Assembly: GCA_965230295.1 (NCBI GenBank)
Contig: OZ246001.1
Span: 2,272,001-2,336,000, forward strand
Direction of reading: 5' to 3'
Length of the DNA stretch: 64,000 bases
Source of the DNA: Marinicella sp.
GTDB lineage: Bacteria > Pseudomonadota > Gammaproteobacteria > Xanthomonadales > Marinicellaceae
Under the pieces are notes generated by a model that did no database searches, had not been told where the DNA came from, and worked only from the letters and a program-made list of their open reading frames with translations. Both the position numbers and the translations under genes were made by a program. Positions 9,605 through 19,186 of the stretch are shown piece after piece (position 1 is the stretch's first letter; every line of letters begins with the position of its first letter).

Positions 9605-9626
9605 AAAAGGGGCACATGGCCCCTTT
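9605..9626 (-). terminator. Rho-independent terminator after SDR
   Basis: AAAGGGGC-N5-GCCCCTTT stem; U-tract on the minus strand. Confidence 0.7.
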
Positions 9627-9643
9627 GTGATCGAAATGATTGA

Positions 9644-10393
9644 TTATTCTGCTGCTGGTGCCTCAATGACATGGGCAGCATAGTCTTGATACGCGACTTC
9701 AAACTGTTTGGCCATGTTATCCGGAAAGACATGAAATTGACCGGTGGCCAATGCCTGAACAATGCCCGTGGCCACCACATCAGCCGGATCGGCTTCATCA
9801 AAGCCTGCTTGTTTGGCCATGTCGGTGGCGATGGGTCCGGGGTGTACGGACAACACCTGAATGCCTTGACCTGCCCAGGTATCTTTCATCCCTTGGGTCA
9901 GAGAATAAGCGGCTGCTTTTGAGGCTGAGTAAGTGGTGAAAGGAGCAAAGTTTTTGATCGAAGCCACTGAATTCAACTGTACAAAAGCTGCTTTAGGCTG
10001 TTTGGCCAATATCGGTTCATAGGCTTGAGCCATTCGCAACAAGCCCAGGGTATTGATGTTGTATTCATAATTCAAAGCCGCCTCAGCACCGGGGTCATGT
10101 GCATCAGCCGCTTTGAGTACACCCGCATTGTTCACCACCACTTCAGCGTCTGGTGTTTGGGCTGCCAATTGTTTGATTGATTCGGCATCTGCCACATCAA
10201 CTTGTACGGCAGCCACTCGTTCGCCGTATTTGGCTTCCAAGGGTTTGACTGACTCAAGATTGCGTACTGCCAAATACACTTTTTTAGCGCCTGCATTTAA
10301 AAATGTTTCTGTGATGGATAAGCCTATGCCTCGGTTAGCTCCTGTTACAACAGCCGTTTTGTCTTTGATGTTTATGTTTAATTGTTGGTTCAT
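9644..10393 (-). CDS. SDR family oxidoreductase
   Basis: TGANRGIG, NNAG, YSASK, VHPGPIATDM; start at MNQQL with RBS AGGA. Confidence 0.92.
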   Translation of the reverse strand: MNQQLNINIKDKTAVVTGANRGIGLSITETFLNAGAKKVYLAVRNLESVKPLEAKYGERVAAVQVDVADAESIKQLAAQTPDAEVVVNNAGVLKAADAHDPGAEAALNYEYNINTLGLLRMAQAYEPILAKQPKAAFVQLNSVASIKNFAPFTTYSASKAAAYSLTQGMKDTWAGQGIQVLSVHPGPIATDMAKQAGFDEADPADVVATGIVQALATGQFHVFPDNMAKQFEVAYQDYAAHVIEAPAAE

Positions 10394-10504
10394 TGTTATG
10401 TCCTGTTTTGGTTTGATTATGCCGCTCCTTTTGGGATCCGGCTTGTCATCCTGGTTGGTTAAGCGCAGCCTAATCAGCAAGGTGGTCTTGTTAATTTAAT
10501 TTTG

Positions 10505-10544
10505 TACCGTTCGGTATGTTTGCAATTCTATACTGATCGGTATA
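10505..10544. promoter_or_regulatory. Tandem TetR operators
   Basis: Two related palindromes TACCGTTCGGTA and TATACTGATCGGTATA between divergent SDR and TetR genes. Confidence 0.65.
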
Positions 10545-10586
10545 AAATGGTCAAGAAATTTTTGAAATGATTGATGAGGCAACTCA

Positions 10587-11198
10587 ATGGCCGGTGGCAG
10601 ACAACGCAGTTTTGATAAACAACAAGCTTTAGAACAAGCCATGCGGGTGTTTTGGCAAAAAGGCTTTGTCGGTGCTTCTTTGATGGACCTGACTGAAAGC
10701 ATGGGCATCAACAAACCCAGCATGTATGCTGCTTTTGGCAACAAAGAACAGTTGTTTATACAGGCCACGAAAAACTATATGGACAACTATGCTTCAGGGC
10801 ATGCGGCGTTTTTAGCACAGCATGAAACCCCCTTATCGACCCGTTTAAAAAATTACCTCATGTCAGCGATCGCTTCTCAGTGTGGTAAGGATGGTCCCAA
10901 AGGTTGTTACTTATCGGTTTGTGTCACCGAATCAGCCAGTGAAGACATGCCAGCCAAAGCCCATGCCACCATTGAACGTGCCAAAGTACAGGCTGAAGTA
11001 TTGTTAACCAATTTTTTTACCCTAGCACAGCAACAACAAGAACTCTCAACTGATCATGATGCAGGCCAATTGGCGCAATATTTTGTGACCTTGCTACACG
11101 GGACAGCAGCCATGGCCAGGGCAGAAAAGAGTTTGGCCGAGTTAGAACAAACCATTGATTTGGCACTGAACATCATTAAACCAACAGCCACACACTGA
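10587..11198 (+). CDS. TetR/AcrR-family regulator (ComR/NemR-like)
   Basis: GRQRSFD..ALEQAMRVFWQKG..MGINKPSMYAAFGNKEQLF, GPKGC. Confidence 0.93.
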   Translation: MAGGRQRSFDKQQALEQAMRVFWQKGFVGASLMDLTESMGINKPSMYAAFGNKEQLFIQATKNYMDNYASGHAAFLAQHETPLSTRLKNYLMSAIASQCGKDGPKGCYLSVCVTESASEDMPAKAHATIERAKVQAEVLLTNFFTLAQQQQELSTDHDAGQLAQYFVTLLHGTAAMARAEKSLAELEQTIDLALNIIKPTATH

Positions 11199-11212
11199 AA
11201 CAGGAATCAAGA

Positions 11213-11707
11213 ATGGGATTATTAAAAGGTTTAAGAAGCGCCACTCAGGCCAGTAAATTAAAACGCATGTTGAATTGGTATGGCCCCTACCTGGGAGCAG
11301 GGGTTAAAGTGGAATACCTGGCCGATGATTGGCGAGAATTGCGTGTGGCCATGCATATGAAGTGGTTCAATCGCAATGCGGTGGGTACACACTTCGGCGG
11401 ATCGCTGTATTCAATGGTTGACCCTCATTTTATGTTGATGTTGATGAAGATTTTGGGCCGAAACTACATTGTGTGGGACAAAGCGGCCCACATTGAATTC
11501 ATCAAACCAGGCACAGGCACGGTTCGTGCCACCATGAAAATCACTGAAGAGATACTCAATGACATTTATGAAAAGACTGAAAATGGAGCTAAATATTTAC
11601 CAGAATTCGAGGTGGACATCATGGATGAAACTGGTGACTTGGTGGCCCGAGCGGTGAAAACCCTTTATGTCAGAGAGAAACGTAAAACCAAACCGAACAA
11701 TGAATAA
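11213..11707 (+). CDS. DUF4442/YiiD-like hotdog thioesterase-fold protein
   Basis: PYLGAGV, NRNAVGTHFGGSLYSMVDP, VWDKAA..FIKPG. Confidence 0.85.
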   Translation: MGLLKGLRSATQASKLKRMLNWYGPYLGAGVKVEYLADDWRELRVAMHMKWFNRNAVGTHFGGSLYSMVDPHFMLMLMKILGRNYIVWDKAAHIEFIKPGTGTVRATMKITEEILNDIYEKTENGAKYLPEFEVDIMDETGDLVARAVKTLYVREKRKTKPNNE

Positions 11708-11772
11708 AGACACACCCATAAGTAAGCCTTAACTCATAAAATTCAAATCATTGCAACTGTGGCATTGAACTA

Positions 11773-12040
11773 GGGCCTGTTAACACTAAATAAATGACGA
11801 CTGTTATGACTGAAAACATCACTATCAAGGCGCGAATCGCGTGATTTGGCATGCCAATTGAGTGATGAGCAACGCAGGGTGTGGTGTTTTCAGCCTTAAC
11901 CCATCGGGCTGGACCGTATTTTCCACCCACCGGCCTTAGCCAATCGTTCATGTGGAGTGACCACATATCACGATGGGTGGGCGTTGTTGGCTGAAAAATA
12001 CGGTTTCAGCAGTGGCCATTTATTTAGTGTTAACAGGCCC
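11773..12040. mobile_element. MITE, 268 bp, non-autonomous
   Basis: Perfect 24-bp TIR GGGCCTGTTAACACTAAATAAATG, flanked by TA on both sides, no transposase inside. Confidence 0.88.
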
Positions 12041-12143
12041 TAAGCCAATCATACCGACCGTTGGTCGCCATTTTTATGCCATTGAGACCAGAAGTGGGTT
12101 TGAAAGGCTTTGCAGAGTGCCCAGTTGTCGCTAGAATTATTTC

Positions 12144-12599
12144 ATGGCCAAACACAACGACATCACCATCATCATTGAGGGAAAAACCCATCATTTCAAC
12201 CAGGGTGATACAGAATCATTCAAATCGTTGCCTTGGAGTGAGCGCAAACAATTGATTGAATTGCTGGAAGGCATCAAACAAGCCGAGTACATCAAACAAC
12301 CAGCGGGACCTCAGGTTGATGACACTCGCGAAAAAGAGTCGGTAAGCCGCACCATCAATGGTTCGGCGGTTCAAGCAGGTTTAGACCCCAATCCAATCAA
12401 TCACCAACAAGCTGGCAATCCTGCCGATGCTGGTTTTGATGCATCGGTAAAGAAGAGCGACAAGGATGTTGATGATTTGATGCAACGCTTGATCATCCAG
12501 GAAAAGCAGCACCACAAGCCCATTCCGGACAAGTCAACAGTGATGAAGTTATTGGTTGGAATGTTTGTGGTGATCTTTGTCTTGGCGGTTATGTTTTAA
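12144..12599 (+). CDS. Hypothetical protein with C-terminal membrane anchor
   Basis: 151-aa ORF, hydrophobic C-terminus. Confidence 0.65.
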   Translation: MAKHNDITIIIEGKTHHFNQGDTESFKSLPWSERKQLIELLEGIKQAEYIKQPAGPQVDDTREKESVSRTINGSAVQAGLDPNPINHQQAGNPADAGFDASVKKSDKDVDDLMQRLIIQEKQHHKPIPDKSTVMKLLVGMFVVIFVLAVMF

Positions 12600-12693
12600 G
12601 CAGATCCGTTTCTTTAAACTAAGCCCTTGAAACTTAATGCAATTCATGTAACTTGTTGAATAAGGCCGGCCTGTATATAATCATTGCTTTTGT

Positions 12694-13581
12694 TTGACTG
12701 ACAATTTACCCATGCCCTTGAAACTGGGACCTTACGAGGCCGATCTCACCACTCAGAAAGTAACGCGCCATGGCCAGCCGGTTAAATGGGGTGACAAAGC
12801 ATCTGTGTTGTTCATCCAGTTGCTCAGTGAAGCGCCCAAAACCATCTCCAAAGAAGACATTTTTGCGCATGTGTGGAAAGGGCGGGTGGTCACAGAAAAC
12901 TCGCTTTATAAAATCATCAGTAAGCTGCGGCAAGCTTTGAATGCCGATGACATCGAAGTGGAGTCGGTGTTTGGAGAAGGGTATCGAATCGTCAGCAATG
13001 AACCTGTTTCAACCAGCAGCCATCAGCAGAGTCGAACAAAAATAAAAACTTGGGTGATGGTAGGCATGTTGTCACTGTTTGCCCTGAGTTATGTCATGTA
13101 CCACCAAGTGAAAAAACAGCGCTTGTATGGCAACATGCAATCATTACAGCAAGTGATGGCCGTCACCAAACAAGCCTTCATCAGCCAAGTCTATCGCCGC
13201 AACGAGCTGGGTGAATTGTTGGCACAAAGGTTTGAACTCAAACAAGAAGATTCATGGGAGAAACGGTTTTATAACCTGTATGATCAAATGAATGAAGCGG
13301 AACGTTTTTTGTGTCAACAAACCAGGGCTTACACCGAAGGACCTTTGTTTGAAAACAACAGGGCCGCCTTGCAATTGATGTTGGACCATGCAGCAATCGT
13401 TGAAGAGTTACCTTTGGCTCAGGATTTGATCACCCATTTGACCATTTGGCTGAATAAATATGAACGGGTGTTTAAAGGTTCTGAAAGAATGTGTTTGTTG
13501 TATGTTGGCGTAGAAGATGGTGCTGCTTTTCCGTCTGGGTTTGACGAACAACTTGCTGACTGGTTAACAGCCAATCAATGA
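12694..13581 (+). CDS. CadC/ToxR-like membrane-anchored winged-helix regulator
   Basis: ISKEDIFAHVWKGRVVTENSLYKIISKLRQAL..VESVFGEGY, then TM helix and helical C-terminal domain; start TTG 12694 or ATG 12712. Confidence 0.8.
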   Translation: MTDNLPMPLKLGPYEADLTTQKVTRHGQPVKWGDKASVLFIQLLSEAPKTISKEDIFAHVWKGRVVTENSLYKIISKLRQALNADDIEVESVFGEGYRIVSNEPVSTSSHQQSRTKIKTWVMVGMLSLFALSYVMYHQVKKQRLYGNMQSLQQVMAVTKQAFISQVYRRNELGELLAQRFELKQEDSWEKRFYNLYDQMNEAERFLCQQTRAYTEGPLFENNRAALQLMLDHAAIVEELPLAQDLITHLTIWLNKYERVFKGSERMCLLYVGVEDGAAFPSGFDEQLADWLTANQ

Positions 13582-13625
13582 GCCACAAAGCCAGTTGGGA
13601 GCCGGCCTTGTGGTGTGCTCTGAAC

Positions 13626-14360
13626 TCAAGGCTTCCTGTGGGTGCAAAAATTAAACGCCAACAGCAAGATCATTAACCCTGACAAAACCAACATGCCAGT
13701 CAAGCTTAATCCGGGCACAGCCGTTGGGGTACCTTGAGGTCCTGCCGGACCCACATTGATGCTGTCGATGGCAATCATGTTGCCATTGAATGGACTTTGT
13801 GACACCGATTCAACAAAATAAACAAATGCCAATTGGCCAGAACCATTGACTGAAGCGTTGAATGGTGTCCATTGATCTGGATACCCCCCAGGCTGAAGGG
13901 TTGGATTCACTGCCAATACCAAATCATAATCACCCAAGTTGTAACCACCCGAACGGGTCGGATCGGTGAAAACACAGGGTCCCGTTTGTGGGTTATTTTC
14001 CTCGCTGTAGACCAACAGCAATCGATCGGCTGCCACTGAATTGGTTTCGGTTCGTGTATAAAAACTGAACTGTTCAACAAAACCCAGATCTGGTAGCATC
14101 ACCCAATCACACAAGACATTGCCGCCGGTTTGACCCACGCCACCCAAAAGATAGGAGTTGACAGGTCCTTCATGTGCTGGGAAAAACTGATCGAATCCTT
14201 GGCTCCAGAACGCATCGCCAATCAGATCAGACCGATTTTCAAATACCCAGCCATTGCCAGGTAATTGGTTGATGTTTTCAAAGCCTTCGGAAAATCCACC
14301 TGCCCTGACAAATGGTGAACTCAATAAGATGATCAAAGCCATCACAGTGTTGTTATTCAT
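13626..14360 (-). CDS. Secreted choice-of-anchor-J-like domain protein with IPTL-CTERM sorting signal
   Basis: Signal peptide, FSEGFE..GW..N, FSFYTRT, GGYPDQWT; C-terminal AVPGLSLTGMLVLSGLMILLL..RKP. Confidence 0.75.
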   Translation of the reverse strand: MNNNTVMALIILLSSPFVRAGGFSEGFENINQLPGNGWVFENRSDLIGDAFWSQGFDQFFPAHEGPVNSYLLGGVGQTGGNVLCDWVMLPDLGFVEQFSFYTRTETNSVAADRLLLVYSEENNPQTGPCVFTDPTRSGGYNLGDYDLVLAVNPTLQPGGYPDQWTPFNASVNGSGQLAFVYFVESVSQSPFNGNMIAIDSINVGPAGPQGTPTAVPGLSLTGMLVLSGLMILLLAFNFCTHRKP

Positions 14361-14478
14361 GGTTTCCTCCAATAATGTTAACCATGAAAAGATTAAAACC
14401 AACAGGCAGAATCAGTTACTGAAAAGTTCTGAACAATTCTGCCTGGTAGTGAATGTCATCTGTTTTTCAGCCCTGGTT

Positions 14479-16314
14479 TTACAAAAATTCAATCTGCCAG
14501 GAATTGATGTATCCGGTATCTTGGTTGTAAATGTCCACCACCTTCAATTGCCAGGTTCCGTTGGCGGCCGTGCTGCCTTGGTTGGTGGTTTTAGATTCGT
14601 CCAGGTTGTTGGTGCCACCACCACTGGGGTTGCGCAAAGTGGTGATGTTGCCATTGGGTGCAACCAGCTGAACCCTTAAATCGCCTCGATAGGTATGGAT
14701 GATGTTGTAACTGATGCGCATGCTTCCGGCATTGCCCGATAAGCTGACATTGATCGGACTGCTGGCGCCAATGGGGTTGTTGTCGGGGATGTTGTAATTG
14801 CTGTTATTGGTGTATATCAATTGTTCTGAGGTTGCATAATCGGCCACCAAACTGGCACCACTGAAACTGGCATATGCATGGATCATGACATGGTAAGTAC
14901 CCGCTTGAATGTTGCTGATGTGACATGTTTCATTGTTACTGGAGTTCCATGAACGGCAATCATAGTTGCTGGTGGTTGGTTGAGTGCCACGTCGGACATA
15001 TAAATCGGCATCACCTGAGCCACCACTGAGGGAGAAGCTGAGCGAGGTGGCAGATGCTGGCACTTCGATGGTGAAAAACTGCTGATTGTTGGTGGTGCCT
15101 GACAAGTTTGAAATTGGTGAGCCATTGATCAGGACATGGTTTGAATTGCCCATGGTGGCTGATACGGTGCTGCCATTGGCCGATTCATTGGCGGCCTGGT
15201 CTTCTGCTGTCACGTAGTAATAATAGGTGTTGCCTGCACTGACATTGGTGTCGGTGAAGTTAGAAAATGTCAACAAACTGGCATTCAACGGGTTGAAGTT
15301 GTTGCTGTTGTTGACGGATCGATAAATGGTGTAACCGGCCAAGTCAGTTTCATCGTTGTTGTACCAGTCCACATAGATTGAATTGTTATTGGCTGTGGCA
15401 CTGAGGTTGGTTACAGGCACAGGAGGGGTGGTGTCAGAACCGCCGCCTTCACAAACCAATTCAAACACACAAGTGACCCAGTTTGGATTATCGATGAAGG
15501 GGTTGCGGTTGCCTTGGGCAGCAGCCACGGCTTCATTGTGTTGGTGTTCATAAATATCCACCGGATCATTTTGATGCCAAACCAACAAGACAGACAATAA
15601 ACCCATATAGGCAACAGCTTCATTGTTACCGGTACTGGAAGCATTGATGAGGTTGATATCGTCAGTGAGGATTAAATCAGGCTCACTGAATCCGGAGACC
15701 CCATGGGTGCCACCTGCGTACCTGACATCCATATAAAACATGGCCCGGGCGATGTCTCCCTGGCGGCCTGACCAAACATCCCAAATACCTGACTTGGTTA
15801 AGTTAGATTGTCCAGGGCCACCGCGGTTGTTATTGATGTCTGTGGTCCTTTCTGAGCAACCATTGACACAAACATCGAACGGTTTGTTGCTGCGAGAAGA
15901 ATTGTATGAGCTGTTGGCGATGAACAAGTGATGCATGTCGGTGTAAGGGTAATTGCTGCTGCCATCATCTGGAAAGCCATAGGACTTGGGCCAGGAGTGC
16001 TCCCGATTGTAGCTGTTGTTGCCGCCACCCACCTTGGTGTTGGCTGAATTTTTATAAATGGTGATCACCTGATTGCTGTTGTCCACATTTTCCCCGGCAA
16101 GTTCCAGTACATCCCAAGTATCGGTAGCAGAGGATGTATAGGGGATGCGGGTGTGGTCATCAATGATGTCATGCAAAGAATTCCGCAGTGAAGAAGGTGA
16201 AGAGGCATCGACTGTGGCATAATAATTTGGATCAGCCTGAGCCAGCAATTGATGGGGAAGGACTGATAGGCAGGCGCAAGCAAGTGCACCCATGATTGAC
16301 TTGTGTTTGTACAT
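14479..16314 (-). CDS. Extracellular endonuclease I-family nuclease with FN3, PPC and P-domain modules
   Basis: YNREHSWPKS, TDMHHL, NSSRSNKPF, GDIARAMFYMDVRY, QGNRNPFID; DLAGYTIYR (FN3); GGSGDADLYVR (PPC); IPDN..HTYRGDL (P-domain). Confidence 0.9.
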   Translation of the reverse strand: MYKHKSIMGALACACLSVLPHQLLAQADPNYYATVDASSPSSLRNSLHDIIDDHTRIPYTSSATDTWDVLELAGENVDNSNQVITIYKNSANTKVGGGNNSYNREHSWPKSYGFPDDGSSNYPYTDMHHLFIANSSYNSSRSNKPFDVCVNGCSERTTDINNNRGGPGQSNLTKSGIWDVWSGRQGDIARAMFYMDVRYAGGTHGVSGFSEPDLILTDDINLINASSTGNNEAVAYMGLLSVLLVWHQNDPVDIYEHQHNEAVAAAQGNRNPFIDNPNWVTCVFELVCEGGGSDTTPPVPVTNLSATANNNSIYVDWYNNDETDLAGYTIYRSVNNSNNFNPLNASLLTFSNFTDTNVSAGNTYYYYVTAEDQAANESANGSTVSATMGNSNHVLINGSPISNLSGTTNNQQFFTIEVPASATSLSFSLSGGSGDADLYVRRGTQPTTSNYDCRSWNSSNNETCHISNIQAGTYHVMIHAYASFSGASLVADYATSEQLIYTNNSNYNIPDNNPIGASSPINVSLSGNAGSMRISYNIIHTYRGDLRVQLVAPNGNITTLRNPSGGGTNNLDESKTTNQGSTAANGTWQLKVVDIYNQDTGYINSWQIEFL

Positions 16315-16375
16315 GATTTACTCCCAATTTTTTGTCATGGTTGATGTATTTAAAATATTGATATCAACCACCTAC

Positions 16376-16431
16376 AACTTATCAGGGGTGTATGACCCAG
16401 TCATGAAGCTGTTATGACGATTCAATGAACA
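16376..16431 (-). promoter_or_regulatory. Double Pho box promoter of the nuclease
   Basis: Four (G/T)TCAT half-sites at exact 11-bp period (16392, 16403, 16414, 16425), then TAAGTT 10 nt downstream. Confidence 0.7.
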
Positions 16432-16609
16432 CATCACCGCAATCACATCCTGGTGTCATCAAACGTGCCATTATTCGGCATCTTTATGACGTCGCACAAT
16501 CTGGTGCTGATTGATTATAAACAGAAAGTGGTGTTTGGATTCATTACTCAGTTCACAAAAACAGCGAAGCGAACCCGGGAACGCTTCAGTATTTTTCACA
16601 ACAAGTGCG

Positions 16610-18253
16610 TCATTGATCAAATGAGTCTTCGAAAATCACATCCGGGTTTTCGAACGTATAGACCCGAACTGATCCTGTGTCGTTTTCTGCATCTGTTGAG
16701 TCATCTCCTGGTAAGCCCACGGCCAATTCGGGACCGTTTCCAAAGTCGCCCACAGTCATTGACAATGACATTTCATCTCCGGTCAGTGATCCTGCATTTT
16801 GATAGATGTTGTCAGTGGTCGTGAGGCCATTGTTGCCACCAAAGATGATGTGAAAAGCACCCGCTAAGCCGTCTTCACGGGGTACACCCACCACCAAATC
16901 AGTGTATAAATCAAAATTCAAATCACCAGCAGTCAAGGTGTCACCAAATTGATCGCTGTTTTCCGCCACCCCGCCAATATCAGTGGTATTTTGGTGGAAT
17001 ATTTGATTGTCCAATGAACTTAAGCCAATTTGGCCACCGTAGATGATGTTCACTGCACCGGCCGCATTGATGCCATCTGCATCCAGGTCTTCACCAGAGA
17101 CTCCTATGGCCAAATCAGTGGCTTGATCGCCATTGAAATTACCAGTGGTTAAAGATGACCCAAAACGGTCATTGACTTCCGGAACACCCACTATGTCACC
17201 GCTTTGAGACCAGATTTCATCGTCTGCATTGGCCTGTAAGCCTGCAAAAGCACCATAAAATACCTGTACAGCACCGGCATTGTTTTCGCCATCTATGTCT
17301 TCACCAGGTACACCAACGGCCAAATCTGAGAAGATGATATCTGAACGGAACCGTCCGGCAGCCAAACTGCGACCAAATTGATCATTACTTTCCACCGAGT
17401 CATCAATACTGGCGGTGTTTTGCGACAGTGAATCCCGATTGGCACCATCCAATCCTGCTTGATCTCCATAGAATATTTCAACCTGACCACCATCGGTGAT
17501 TTGATCCATGTTGCCAAAGTCTTCAAATGGTGCTGAAACGGCCAGGTCAACACAGCGATTTCCGTTGTTGCTGTCACCGTTGAAATTTCCGGTAACCATG
17601 CTCCAGCCAAAGCGGTCGCCGGCAGAGATTGATGGTTCAAAAAAAATGCCCATACCAGAACCTTGCCAAATGAAGGTAGAGCCTTGGCCATTGTCAGTAA
17701 AGCCTGTATCAGAACCATAAAAAACATTGATGGCGCCGACATTATTTCTTTGAGCACCATTCAGAATGACATCTTCATTGGGTGTACCAACGGCCAAGTC
17801 ATCAATACCATCACAATTGAAATCGCCACTGGCCAGGCTTTGACCGAATTGGTCATTGGCTTCAACGCCATTCAAAGTTTCTAAATTGGTTCCACTGTTG
17901 TCAAATGTTTGGAACAAATATTGGTGGTCAGTGGCTGATAAGCCATTGGGCGTGCCGTAAATGATCAGCACAGTACCCGTGTTCAGTATGGCACCAAAAA
18001 AGAAATCATGGTTGGGGATGCCGATGGCCAGGTCTTGCCAGCCATCATGATTGAAATCGCCGTCTGCAATGGCTTCTCCAAACCGGTCAATGGGTTCGTT
18101 TGTTCCGGATATTCCTATACTGTCTTCGTTCCACAGCTGTTCATCAACGATGTTTTGAAACAAGGTATTGAACAAAGAGTCTTGTTCATTGTTTCGTTCA
18201 TTGGCACACAGCGATTGGGCCAAGAATAAGGTACATAATGTGATTTTTTTCAT
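16610..18253 (-). CDS. Secreted FG-GAP (integrin-alpha-like) seven-bladed beta-propeller protein
   Basis: Seven DxFGxxxxxGDFNxDGxxDLAxG-type repeats, signal peptide, C-terminal DVIFEDSFDQ. Confidence 0.9.
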   Translation of the reverse strand: MKKITLCTLFLAQSLCANERNNEQDSLFNTLFQNIVDEQLWNEDSIGISGTNEPIDRFGEAIADGDFNHDGWQDLAIGIPNHDFFFGAILNTGTVLIIYGTPNGLSATDHQYLFQTFDNSGTNLETLNGVEANDQFGQSLASGDFNCDGIDDLAVGTPNEDVILNGAQRNNVGAINVFYGSDTGFTDNGQGSTFIWQGSGMGIFFEPSISAGDRFGWSMVTGNFNGDSNNGNRCVDLAVSAPFEDFGNMDQITDGGQVEIFYGDQAGLDGANRDSLSQNTASIDDSVESNDQFGRSLAAGRFRSDIIFSDLAVGVPGEDIDGENNAGAVQVFYGAFAGLQANADDEIWSQSGDIVGVPEVNDRFGSSLTTGNFNGDQATDLAIGVSGEDLDADGINAAGAVNIIYGGQIGLSSLDNQIFHQNTTDIGGVAENSDQFGDTLTAGDLNFDLYTDLVVGVPREDGLAGAFHIIFGGNNGLTTTDNIYQNAGSLTGDEMSLSMTVGDFGNGPELAVGLPGDDSTDAENDTGSVRVYTFENPDVIFEDSFDQ

Positions 18254-18359
18254 GATATTCTCCTGTTAAATTTAATCAAGTAAGGTTCTTCCCTTGATTA
18301 CCTGCTTCGTCAAATCAGGATGAATTTTTTTGAAAAATCGAAAAAACCATGAAAACAAA

Positions 18360-18535
18360 GAATGCTCTTGGGTCTTCATACATTTTTGTTTGTGCTGAGA
18401 GCAGCCGAAGTGACCCAAACAAAAATGAAAGCGACCACGTCGAGCATGTCTCACAACCTCACGCTCTTCGCCTCTGATTCGCTACGCTCACCAACCAGCT
18501 CGGCGGGTCAAGTTGCTAGGCAACTTTCCTTGGAT
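18360..18535. repeat. Modular structured intergenic element, copy 2 (short form)
   Basis: Same four blocks as 673-1096. Confidence 0.8.
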
Positions 18536-18619
18536 AAATGCCAATCACTTCACAATTTCACCAATCATTACTGAGTTGGCTTGAGAAACCAAAGCGTAGA
18601 GCGATATGATGGGTCTGTT

Positions 18620-19186
18620 ATGAACTCGGAAAATATACTTCAAACGGTTACGAACATATTGAATGAACACTTATCCGAAGGTGCCTGTGATGAGTTGTTC
18701 CATAAAATGTATCCAAGCATCAAGGTTTTGGCACGGCATGAATTGTCGAAACTCAACCCTGGGCAACAATTGTCACCAACGTTGCTGGTCAATGAATGCT
18801 ATTTGAAGTTGAAGTTGGGTGACTCATACAGTTTCAAAAGTAAAAAACACTTTTATAACACCATTGCCCGATGTATGCGGTTCTTCTTGGTCGATACGGT
18901 GCGACAACATTATCGATTGAAAAGGCAAGGTGTTCGCACCGAATTACAACTCAGTCAAGTGGCCGGGGATGAAGACATTGCACTGGACTTATTGATTTTG
19001 AATGATGTGATAGATCAACTGGAATCGATTGATCCGGAGTTGGCAATGATCACCCAGTATAAATTCTTTTCCGGAATGACTTTTGAGGAAATTGCAGAAA
19101 TTTATGAATGCAGCATCAGTCATGTGTTCAAGCAATGGCATATGGCGCGCTCATTTTTGGTCACCTTGTTAGAAGACCAGCAATGA
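18620..19186 (+). CDS. ECF sigma factor, TIGR02999-like (kinase-associated)
   Basis: LSPTLLVNECYLKL, HFYNTIARCMRFFLVD, KFFSGMTFEEIAE, WHMARSFL; ATGA overlap with kinase. Confidence 0.85.
   Translation: MNSENILQTVTNILNEHLSEGACDELFHKMYPSIKVLARHELSKLNPGQQLSPTLLVNECYLKLKLGDSYSFKSKKHFYNTIARCMRFFLVDTVRQHYRLKRQGVRTELQLSQVAGDEDIALDLLILNDVIDQLESIDPELAMITQYKFFSGMTFEEIAEIYECSISHVFKQWHMARSFLVTLLEDQQ

Noticed and set aside
11748-11966. 72-aa ORF as a transposase fragment
   Set aside because: No DDE or HTH features; it crosses the MITE end
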